A DNA stretch of 25,062 nucleotides from a virus (taxonomy: Duplodnaviria > Caudoviricetes): positions 1-25,062 of the IMG/VR virus record IMGVR_UViG_3300004369_000564. One strand, written 5' to 3'. The notes beneath the pieces were generated by a model that was given only the letters and a program-made list of their open reading frames with translations, was not told the origin of the DNA and made no database searches. Shown here one piece after another: positions 17,676 to 25,062 of the stretch (its first letter is position 1; every line of letters starts with the position of its first letter). A program made the translations under genes and the position numbers.

Positions 17676-18052
17676 TTTCTACTCCTTAGTTCTGTTGTAG
17701 AGAAAGAATGTTTACGACTTGTATAATAAACTTCATGTATGCCCTTGCCTGTAAAATGCCTATCAGTGTAATCTTCCCCTATAAACCTTATATCTATATG
17801 TATACTATTTAGTAAGTCTAACAGACTTTTCTCTGTATCATAAGGTATTACTTCATCTATATACTTAACTGCTTTAAGTTGTACATAGCGTTCGTATATA
17901 GATTGAACAGGTTTGTTTTTTTCTTGTCTGTCTATGGATGGGTCTGTCTGCAACCCGACTATTAGATACTTGCAGTTAGCTTTAGCTTCTTTAAACATAA
18001 CTACATGACCCGCATGTAATAAATCAAAAGCTCCGCATGTAAATCCGATCAT
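17672..18052 (-). CDS. Cytidylyltransferase (TagD / glycerol-3-phosphate CT-like)
   Basis: GAFDLLHAGH (HxGH), LIVGLQTD, ER...YIDEV, G.DY, SR...STTELR. Confidence 0.88.
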   Translation of the reverse strand: MIGFTCGAFDLLHAGHVVMFKEAKANCKYLIVGLQTDPSIDRQEKNKPVQSIYERYVQLKAVKYIDEVIPYDTEKSLLDLLNSIHIDIRFIGEDYTDRHFTGKGIHEVYYTSRKHSFSTTELRSRK

Positions 18053-19203
18053 CCTGACCCCTGTGTAATAGTAATAGTAGAGTTGCCCCCACCATTTACT
18101 ACAATTTGTTGGTACTTACCATCCTGTATTAATATAACAGTGTACCCTTGCGAAGCATCTACAGTCAACTGAGCATTTTGTATAACTTTTCTTTGGAAAG
18201 CAATTTGCTCGCCCTGGAGTATTGTAATTATTTGTGTCTCTAAGTCTTGTCCTATATCTGTACCTTGTACAAGTGCGCCTGTGGATAAGTTGTCTGCACT
18301 TAACTGGTCTACTTCTTCTATGATTGCTAGTAGGTCTTCAAAGAAGTTTACATCTAAAAAATTTATATCTAATTCTGTGAACTCTAAGGCATCTTCAGCT
18401 AGGTAGTCTTGTTGTAGTTCGTTAAACTCTAGGTAATCTATATCTAATATAGCACCACTATCTGCTACGGACGCTGTGGATTGTTCTGTGGATAAGTTTT
18501 TTTCATCCGGAGGAGCGACAATTAACATGTTGTCTATGATGTCTAGTGTTAGATCTAATATGACAGGACTGCTAGGAGAGTTCTCCCATAAATCTACAGT
18601 TGTTGCTTCGTATGGTTTGTTAAGCGTAACAGCACCAGCTGCAGTTGTGACAAGTATCTCACCACTAGATAAACCATTAGCATCAGGTAATAGAATAATA
18701 AGCGAACGTCCAAGTTCATCCACAGTACACGTAAAGTCGGTTCCACGAATAGCAATGTCAGCCGTAGGTGTAGATAGTCTAATATTTTTTTTATCAATTT
18801 TGCCTAGTTTGCTACTAATAAATCTAGTCGTACCATTAGCGAACTTCATTGCCATCTTACCTTTAGATGGGTCTGGGTCGTAAATATATTCAGTAATGAC
18901 GAGCTTTGAGTGCTCGGTTAATTTAACAATGGAATCATCTAAAAAGGTAATAGCTATCCTACCAACAGTCGTACGAACATCGTCCATCTGTTGGATAGAA
19001 AAGTCGAGCTCAGCCCCGTAAGGCTGATCCCTTATAACTTCAGCAGTGCCTGTAAGCTCTGATATATCTCCAATACTAGCAGCTGGTGCTTGTGCCGCCG
19101 TCATTTTGAATGACGCACACAGTACCACTACCACCAGTAGAAATAATCTTAAGCCAATCGGCTGCCAACGTAGATGATTGTGTAATGTTGTAAGTTCTGC
19201 CAT
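18049..19203 (-). CDS. Exported FecR-domain protein with long acidic C-terminal extension (start uncertain)
   Basis: Signal-like segment; FecR motifs DDVRT..G...I.F.D.S...L.EHS.L and TPTA.IAIRGTDF. Confidence 0.85.
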   Translation of the reverse strand: MAELTTLHNHLRWQPIGLRLFLLVVVVLCASFKMTAAQAPAASIGDISELTGTAEVIRDQPYGAELDFSIQQMDDVRTTVGRIAITFLDDSIVKLTEHSKLVITEYIYDPDPSKGKMAMKFANGTTRFISSKLGKIDKKNIRLSTPTADIAIRGTDFTCTVDELGRSLIILLPDANGLSSGEILVTTAAGAVTLNKPYEATTVDLWENSPSSPVILDLTLDIIDNMLIVAPPDEKNLSTEQSTASVADSGAILDIDYLEFNELQQDYLAEDALEFTELDINFLDVNFFEDLLAIIEEVDQLSADNLSTGALVQGTDIGQDLETQIITILQGEQIAFQRKVIQNAQLTVDASQGYTVILIQDGKYQQIVVNGGGNSTITITQGSG

Positions 19204-19774
19204 TGCCTGTCTGATCTAGGTAAAAGTATCCACCTTGTTCACCACTACCACTAAAGTTCACAGTGTTAGAGTCACCATCTATGTCTACATATGATGTACC
19301 TAAGTCATAGTTTATATAAAAGTCGAGTGTGTTAGAGTCGCCTTGTATAACCCAGTCTAGGTCAAGTGTAGAAGCAAGAGCAGTTGTACCTATGTCCAGA
19401 GTAAAGTCATTACTTGAACCTGTTACATCTACATTGAAGTCACCGTTGTCTGCACCATAAGTGCCAGTCGGGTCTACTTGTATTGTGAAGTCGTTGCTGC
19501 TTCCGTCAAACTCAAAGAAACCTGTAATGCCATCACCTAAGATGTCACCAAGAAATTTATTTGAGCTACCTATTTGGTTTATATCTAAAGTTAGATTCAA
19601 ACCGTCAAGGTCAAGAGGAGTCATGTTACCAGTAGCAGCATTTAGGCCACCAATAATATTAGACGAGCCTAGTTGTTCAACGTTTATGTTAGCGTTGTTA
19701 CCAGACTGATCTATGTACACTTCATTATCTGCATACAAAAAACCAACCAACAATAAAGGTAAGAGTTTTTTCAT
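19076..19774 (-). CDS. Secreted curlin-like beta-solenoid repeat protein
   Basis: Signal peptide MKKLLPLLLVGFLYA; repeats of x-I-x-Q/x-G-x-S-N (YIDQSGNN, VEQLGSSN, INQIGSSN, FDGSSN, VTGSSN, IQGDSN, IDGDSN, LDQTGNG); lies directly after csgG. Confidence 0.75.
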   Translation of the reverse strand: MKKLLPLLLVGFLYADNEVYIDQSGNNANINVEQLGSSNIIGGLNAATGNMTPLDLDGLNLTLDINQIGSSNKFLGDILGDGITGFFEFDGSSNDFTIQVDPTGTYGADNGDFNVDVTGSSNDFTLDIGTTALASTLDLDWVIQGDSNTLDFYINYDLGTSYVDIDGDSNTVNFSGSGEQGGYFYLDQTGNGRTYNITQSSTLAADWLKIISTGGSGTVCVIQNDGGTSTSC

Positions 19775-20583
19775 TTGTAGCTCCAATATCCAGCTTGTTC
19801 GCCCTCCGTGATAATTCCTAGCACGGCGGTTTCTATAGCAGAGCGCAGAGCAAGACTTCCTGACTCATTCCTAACTACACCACTTTCTATCTCGACTAGC
19901 TCAGTGCCATCCTCGATAAAGCGAAACACGTCGTCTGTTAATGATACACTAAGAATGGTCTTAGTTACTAATTTCTCAATCAGCACTTGACCACTACTAA
20001 CTGATATAAGACGAAGCTGGATCGTCAACGTATCAGTTCTGTAGGCCTTAGATATACCAACACCTAAATAACGAGCCCCAGCACCACCGCTAGTCTCGTT
20101 TGCTTCATAAGCAACAACAGAGCCTTCTAATAACAAACCAGCAAACAAAAGCGTGCCTAGTTCATTTGTGTCATTATTCTGCTCTCTGCCACTTCTTATG
20201 ATTTGTCTTTCTTTAGTCAGGTTATCTAGACCTATACGTTCGACCACGGTAAAGAAACCATCGTTATTGCTACCTGCATCTTTTAAAGCTTTGATTAAGT
20301 ATGCACTTGGCTGTTGGGTAACAGCTGTAGAGAAACTTGCATACATAGAGTTGCTAAGTCTTTGTCCTGTTTGATCTGTAAATGCACTTGCGTACACTGC
20401 GACTGTTGGTTTTCTGGTAGGCGTACGAACGTTTGCAAGCTCAGTAATAACTAGCTCGTCTATCGTAGCTTCTTCTATATGTCGTACCGGGGTTATATTA
20501 TTTTCTATCGGGTCAAACAGTAATGACACACAACTAGAAAGTAAAGGAACCAATAGGTACGGTAATTTCCGTAACATTTCCAT
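19771..20583 (-). CDS. csgG: Curli secretion channel lipoprotein CsgG
   Basis: Lipobox LSSC; FTDQTGQ, FSTAVTQ, F.VVER.GL.NL.KERQIIR, EG..V.YE.N..SGGAGARYLG.G. Confidence 0.93.
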   Translation of the reverse strand: MEMLRKLPYLLVPLLSSCVSLLFDPIENNITPVRHIEEATIDELVITELANVRTPTRKPTVAVYASAFTDQTGQRLSNSMYASFSTAVTQQPSAYLIKALKDAGSNNDGFFTVVERIGLDNLTKERQIIRSGREQNNDTNELGTLLFAGLLLEGSVVAYEANETSGGAGARYLGVGISKAYRTDTLTIQLRLISVSSGQVLIEKLVTKTILSVSLTDDVFRFIEDGTELVEIESGVVRNESGSLALRSAIETAVLGIITEGEQAGYWSYK

Positions 20584-21082
20584 CTGGGTCTGTAATCTTC
20601 AACGTTATCATAGTGCCGTCTTCACTTACAGAATACTCAATAGTATTACCCATTAGCTCTAAGACACCTGATGTACTCGGTGTGTCTCCAAACAATGCGT
20701 CTACTAACTGTCTAGATAGCTGTGCATAGATTCTACTCTCTAGGTTACGTATGAACCTGGCAAGTGTAGTGTTTTCGGCGTCCCTTTTTAACTGTTCTTT
20801 ATAGGCTTTCAGTTCAGCCTTGTTTGCTTCTTTTCTATTGTATTCTTGGTTCTCAATAGTTAGATAATGCGAAGATGTACCCACTCCACTAAAGGAAGGG
20901 TTCTTGAATTTGTGTACCATTTCATCTGCTAATATATTTTGTGTAAATACACCAGCAATTAAGAAGACTCCTATAGCAAACAACATTTTAAGAATAAGAT
21001 CTTTTTCTTTTTGTTCCTTTCTTTGTTGTAGCTCAACTTTGCTTGGTCTACCGCGTTTGTTTTTAATCTTTTCTTTGGTCAT
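20534..21082 (-). CDS. csgF: Curli assembly component CsgF
   Basis: Mature N-terminus ADEMVHKFKNPSFSG resembles CsgF (M.F.F.NP.FGG); F...LESR...QL; C-terminal ITD..G..TEI.VP; adjacent to csgG. Confidence 0.85.
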   Translation of the reverse strand: MTKEKIKNKRGRPSKVELQQRKEQKEKDLILKMLFAIGVFLIAGVFTQNILADEMVHKFKNPSFSGVGTSSHYLTIENQEYNRKEANKAELKAYKEQLKRDAENTTLARFIRNLESRIYAQLSRQLVDALFGDTPSTSGVLELMGNTIEYSVSEDGTMITLKITDPDGNVTEITVPIGSFTF

Positions 21083-21413
21083 CTCTATCCGCCTTTGCAA
21101 TTTTACTGCTATCTATTAACTGTGGTACGCCTAAAATAGTTTTAATAAGGGTGTCTTGTCTTATGATTTCGTTATCTAAGCTACGCACTCTATCAATTAA
21201 TGCTACTAAAATACCGTGTTGTGCGTCAAGTTTTGTTCCAAGTCGTTCTTCAATAGACGCTATCTGTGATTCTACTTTTTCATCAACATTGTCAAGTTTG
21301 GTTTCCATTCCATCTACAATACGCATGATTAGTTTGTATATAAACCACCCTAAACCAATTGCTGCTGCTATTGGAAACCCAACCTCTTGAATGACTTGAA
21401 TTGCTGAATCCAT
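21063..21413 (-). CDS. Single-TM coiled-coil protein (holin/antiholin-like)
   Basis: VGFPIAAAIGLGWFIY TM segment followed by a heptad region. Confidence 0.6.
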   Translation of the reverse strand: MDSAIQVIQEVGFPIAAAIGLGWFIYKLIMRIVDGMETKLDNVDEKVESQIASIEERLGTKLDAQHGILVALIDRVRSLDNEIIRQDTLIKTILGVPQLIDSSKIAKADRDDQRKD

Positions 21414-21883
21414 CAGTCTTGTTTATTGGAGGCCCCGAAATAGAAAGAGATAACTGCAGACGCTAAACCACCTAAGTAGCCTAGCACTAGATTAATCAGG
21501 GCCTCACTGTTTTGCTCCGGTGGCTGTAGCGTTACGAGGAAGATGTAACCAAGAAAACCACCGACCATGGCTATACCTATAATTCTTGCAGTCCAGTCTT
21601 TACTAAAAATCTTTCGTGCATCTTGTTTCTCTTGTGTCTCTAGCTTGTACAAATCTACGTCAAGCTCTTTCATTTGTTTTTCAAAAGCTATCTCTGCTTT
21701 CTTTATCTCCATCAGCTGTTCTGGTGAAGCGGATGCGATTGCTTTTTCTAATGATGCTGGATTGTTTTCTACACCTAAAACTTTTGATATAACATCACCA
21801 GCCATGCCACCTAATGGGCCACCTAGTGCTGCACCTAATGTTGGAGCTACGCTCCCTACGATGTTAGTTAGTAACTTCTTCAT
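21413..21883 (-). CDS. Holin-like membrane protein (3TM type)
   Basis: APTLG.ALGGPLGG N-terminus, DAR...DW, two TM segments, C-terminal FYFGAS. Confidence 0.7.
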   Translation of the reverse strand: MKKLLTNIVGSVAPTLGAALGGPLGGMAGDVISKVLGVENNPASLEKAIASASPEQLMEIKKAEIAFEKQMKELDVDLYKLETQEKQDARKIFSKDWTARIIGIAMVGGFLGYIFLVTLQPPEQNSEALINLVLGYLGGLASAVISFYFGASNKQD

Positions 21884-22286
21884 ATTTTCCAAGCTTTAAC
21901 AGCTCCTCCTTGTTTGCTAAATGTTGTGCTTCTATGTCATCTTTGCTTTGCCCTGTGTAAGCAACAGCTAAATAATTATCTATAAGCGCTTGGTTTAGAT
22001 CCACGCCATCTGCAACGATAACGCCTAGAACTCTACCAAACTTCCCTTTCTTGTCTAGTTTTGTTTGTATTACTAATTTGTCAGCATGTAATATATGCTG
22101 TGCTAAAAAATCAGAAGCTAGTTTACCTCTGGCTTTTTCATCTAAATCGTTTGTTCGTGACTCTGGCGTGTCGATCCCGTATAGTCTGACACGAGACTTA
22201 TATACAATGTCAAAGCCCAGGTCTATTTCACAATCGACCGTGTCACCATCGACAATTCTAGTTACACCACACTTATACTCGTACAT
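21864..22286 (-). CDS. Thermonuclease (SNase-like)
   Basis: RIVDGDT, RVRLYGIDTPE, DKKGKFGRVLG, NQ.LI...LA..Y. Confidence 0.9.
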   Translation of the reverse strand: MYEYKCGVTRIVDGDTVDCEIDLGFDIVYKSRVRLYGIDTPESRTNDLDEKARGKLASDFLAQHILHADKLVIQTKLDKKGKFGRVLGVIVADGVDLNQALIDNYLAVAYTGQSKDDIEAQHLANKEELLKLGKYEEVTN

Positions 22287-22480
22287 TATTTTCCTACAGC
22301 TTTTTGTGCCTTTTTGTGTGCAGCACTAAAAGTACTACCCTTCATCATAAGGTTCTTCATGTAGCTCATGTGTTTTGCACTATGGTGTTTAGAATGCCTT
22401 TTCATACTTGTCTCTTGTCTTTTAGTAAGAGACTTTTTAGCTGTTGGCTTCTTTCCGGTTGTTTTTCTTTTGTACGCCAT
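22286..22480 (-). CDS. Small K/H-rich basic protein
   Basis: 64 aa, very basic, coupled to its neighbours. Confidence 0.7.
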   Translation of the reverse strand: MAYKRKTTGKKPTAKKSLTKRQETSMKRHSKHHSAKHMSYMKNLMMKGSTFSAAHKKAQKAVGK

Positions 22481-22491
22481 AGCTTATATTA

Positions 22492-22830
22492 TCACGTTCC
22501 ATCCATTTCTGCATACCCATAGAGCTGCCAGGTGTAAAAACCATCTAGGTCTTCTGTTGTTGTACCTGCCTTAAACCATTCAATCATTTGGTTGGTAGTT
22601 ACACTGCCTAATTCTATAAAACTTTCAGGTAGTTCTATTGCACTTTGTAGATAGTGATAATCTAAAGCACGTGTCTCTCGTGTAGTTATAGTTTGAGTAT
22701 CATCAGCTTGATCTACTGCAGTTATATCTATCGTAACTTGCGACACTATAGGTGTATTATCAATACCATTTTTAAATACAGTTTCGCAACTGACAAACTC
22801 GTAGGTGTAGTTAAAATTATGTATAGCCAT
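22492..22830 (-). CDS. Hypothetical protein (tail-fibre associated)
   Basis: TAATG coupling to the fibre gene; FI.L..VT..Q..EW motif typical of small post-fibre genes. Confidence 0.7.
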   Translation of the reverse strand: MAIHNFNYTYEFVSCETVFKNGIDNTPIVSQVTIDITAVDQADDTQTITTRETRALDYHYLQSAIELPESFIELGSVTTNQMIEWFKAGTTTEDLDGFYTWQLYGYAEMDGT

Positions 22831-25062
22831 TATGGTAAAGGTCCTCCTGCTGGCCCTGATGGCGGTGGTGGTGGGCTAAATGGTGGTGGGCTAGATGGTG
22901 GTGGGCTAGATGATTGTGTTGTAACTGTGTAGGTATCTGAAACACCAGCAATGCTTAGGGTAGAGCTAACGCTAACTCCAGCAATAGAACTACTTGTTAC
23001 TCTTAACGTGACTGTATCACCACTAGAAGCTGTAAAAGTACCCGCACTTGTATAACTACCTCCATTAAGACTATAACTACCTCCGGTCACTGTAGCAGTA
23101 CCACCGCTAAAGCCAGAACCAGACAATGTAATAGTATTCGAGGTGTAGACAGTACTTGTAGGAGCGCCACTAACATCTGTAAAGGTGAACTGAGTAGGCT
23201 GGTTAAGTGCAAGTCTCTGGAAGGCATACTCTACACTAGTTAAATATCTAGTTCCCCCATCACCTTGAGCGTGTATATATAAATGAGTAGGAACTGTGTT
23301 AGCACTTCTTTTGATAAAGGTAACAGATATCTGAGCTATCGCTCTAATGTTTTGGAACCTAGCTATACCAGCCCAGTACTCTGCTCTATTAGAATGATAT
23401 TGCAAACCGCCAATATCGGCCATCGGCAAAGTACCAGAGTTAGGATCATTACTATAAGCGTTACCTGTGCTGTTTAACTGGTAGCTACCAGAAGGACCGT
23501 AAGTGCCATCCCCACAAGCAATACTTAATGTTTTAACCTGGCCAGTGCCACCAAAGACTCTAACATAGCCCATGTATACACCAGGCTCTACTCCTATTTC
23601 TCCTACTTGTCGAAGTGTCATACTATTTTCTGGGAAACCTCCTATAGTCGAACCAGATACAACTTTGTTTATTGTGGGTAATACTAAGTCTGTAACATTA
23701 ATACGGTCGGCATTAATCAAACCAGTCGTGATACGTGAACCGTCGATCGTGGTTGATCCACCCGCACCTAGGTCCGAGGACACTATAAGGTCTGCATCTA
23801 AAAACTGAGCATCAATAATACCTGTGGTTATATTACCGCCATGTATAGTCGTTGAACCGCTAGTAGATAAATCAGTAGACTGTATAACACCACCAAGTAT
23901 ACGTGCAGCATCCATAGTGCCCGATGTTATACGTTCAGCGCTCATTTCACCTGTGCTAATCTTGTCCGCAGATAGAGTACCTATCTGGGCATTTGATATA
24001 GCACCATTCTTAATAAAAGCAGTATCTATATACACACCAGCTGCGTTGCCGTTAGCGTCCGTGCTAGTAAGAACAGTAAAAGGTGTAACGTTACTACCGT
24101 GTGGGTTACGTATAGTTACCTGGTTTGCTTCAAATATTATGTTAGATGTAGAAGTATTGTTCTGTTCGTTACCAGAACTATCTACCATCAAGTACATACC
24201 AGCAACAGCACCATTAGCATTAACTGCTACACCATAGCCAGCCTGAGCAGACGTACCATTTGCTATAGCGTTTTGTAAAGATGTAACACTAGAAGAGTTG
24301 TTTCCCACACTAGTAGTTAGGCTAGATATAGAAGTAGCTTGTGATGATAAAGCACTACTGTTGTTATTGACTGTAGTTGTTAAGGTAGATAAAGCACTAG
24401 CAGTAGCTGCAACACCAGTCGAACTGTCGTTTACTGTATTTTCTAAGGCTACTATGTCACTAGAGTTTGCAGAAATAGCAGTACCCTGCTGCGTAACTGT
24501 GCTTGATAAATTTGACAAAGCAGTAGAAGTAGCTGCAACACCAGTCGAACTGTCGTTTACTGTATTTTCTAAGGCTATTATGTCATTAGCGTTTGCAGTT
24601 ATATTAGTACCTTGAGTTGTAACTGTAGAAGATAAATTTGACAAAGCAGTAGAAGTAGCTGCAACACCAGTCGAACTGTCGTTTACTGTATTTTCTAAAG
24701 CTACTATGTCACTAGCGTTTGTAGAAATATCAGTACCTTGAGTTGTAACAGTAGATGACAAAGAGCTTAAGGCTGAGTTAAGAGCAGACACACCAGTCGA
24801 ACTGTCGTTTACTGTATTTTCTAAGGCTATTATGTCACTAGCGTTTGCAGTTATATTAGTACCTTGAGTTGTAACAGTAGAAGATAAAGAACTAATTGCA
24901 CTAGCGTTGGCTGCAACGCCAGTCGAGCTATCGTTTACTGTAGACTCTAAAGCTACTATATCATTAGCGTTTGCAGTTATATTAGTACCTTGTGTTGTAA
25001 CTGTAGATGACAAAGAGCTTAAGGCTGAGTTAAGAGCCGACACGCCAGTCGAGCTATCGTTT
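22830..25062 (-). CDS. Tail fibre / host-specificity protein, 5' truncated by the window edge
   Basis: Frame is open to the window end. Heptad coiled-coil repeats; DUF1983-like segment (GYGV.VNANG.VAGM...F.A....I...PF.V...GVYIDTAFIK.G.I); beta-helix-like ITTG repeats; C-terminal beta domains. Confidence 0.88.
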   Translation of the reverse strand, partial: NDSSTGVSALNSALSSLSSTVTTQGTNITANANDIVALESTVNDSSTGVAANASAISSLSSTVTTQGTNITANASDIIALENTVNDSSTGVSALNSALSSLSSTVTTQGTDISTNASDIVALENTVNDSSTGVAATSTALSNLSSTVTTQGTNITANANDIIALENTVNDSSTGVAATSTALSNLSSTVTQQGTAISANSSDIVALENTVNDSSTGVAATASALSTLTTTVNNNSSALSSQATSISSLTTSVGNNSSSVTSLQNAIANGTSAQAGYGVAVNANGAVAGMYLMVDSSGNEQNNTSTSNIIFEANQVTIRNPHGSNVTPFTVLTSTDANGNAAGVYIDTAFIKNGAISNAQIGTLSADKISTGEMSAERITSGTMDAARILGGVIQSTDLSTSGSTTIHGGNITTGIIDAQFLDADLIVSSDLGAGGSTTIDGSRITTGLINADRINVTDLVLPTINKVVSGSTIGGFPENSMTLRQVGEIGVEPGVYMGYVRVFGGTGQVKTLSIACGDGTYGPSGSYQLNSTGNAYSNDPNSGTLPMADIGGLQYHSNRAEYWAGIARFQNIRAIAQISVTFIKRSANTVPTHLYIHAQGDGGTRYLTSVEYAFQRLALNQPTQFTFTDVSGAPTSTVYTSNTITLSGSGFSGGTATVTGGSYSLNGGSYTSAGTFTASSGDTVTLRVTSSSIAGVSVSSTLSIAGVSDTYTVTTQSSSPPPSSPPPFSPPPPPSGPAGGPLP
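24390..25062 (-). repeat. 126-bp (42-aa) tandem repeats in the tail fibre
   Basis: CCAGTCGA anchor at 24415, 24541, 24667, 24793, 24919, 25045. Confidence 0.95.

Noticed and set aside
19076-19774. Assigning the symbol csgA or csgB
   Set aside because: The repeats are irregular and lack the strict Q-x4-N-x5-Q periodicity, so only a curlin-like call is supported.
15539-24615. Numerous plus-strand ORFs opposite the late genes (and minus-strand ORFs opposite the replication genes)
   Set aside because: Antisense shadows of well-supported genes, with no motifs or RBS.
25041-25043. ORF-track start of the tail fibre at 25043
   Set aside because: It is an internal GTG (Val) within a repeat unit; the frame stays open to the window edge.
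22830-25062. Diversity-generating retroelement acting on the tail fibre
   Set aside because: No reverse transcriptase and no template/variable repeat pair with adenine-specific mismatches is visible; the repeats are simple tandem coding units.

Overview
A 25-kb segment of a dsDNA tailed-phage genome, probably aquatic, with a Gram-negative (plausibly gammaproteobacterial) host; the host is inferred from csrA and csgF/csgG. It has two convergent arms that meet at about 15050-15105. The + arm starts with a non-coding region rich in GGAACC repeats and hairpins (origin-like). It continues with early genes (small membrane proteins; an AAA ATPase and a VWA-metallopeptidase interleaved with two paralogous Nmad5-like genes) and a replication module (family A DNA polymerase, CsrA homologue, primase-helicase, PD-(D/E)XK nuclease, SNF2 helicase, SSB-like protein, VRR-NUC nuclease, DUF3310). 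One structural-looking gene sits inverted in this arm. The - arm carries the 3' part of a tail fibre, a thermonuclease and holin-like genes. These are followed by a tightly coupled cassette: csgF - csgG - curlin-like protein - FecR-domain protein - cytidylyltransferase - FkbM methyltransferase - CHASE2 adenylate cyclase - HNH. That cassette is the most striking element and looks like a phage-encoded trans-envelope cAMP signalling system built on a curli (type VIII) secretion pore. All calls come from motif recognition by eye; no database searches were run.
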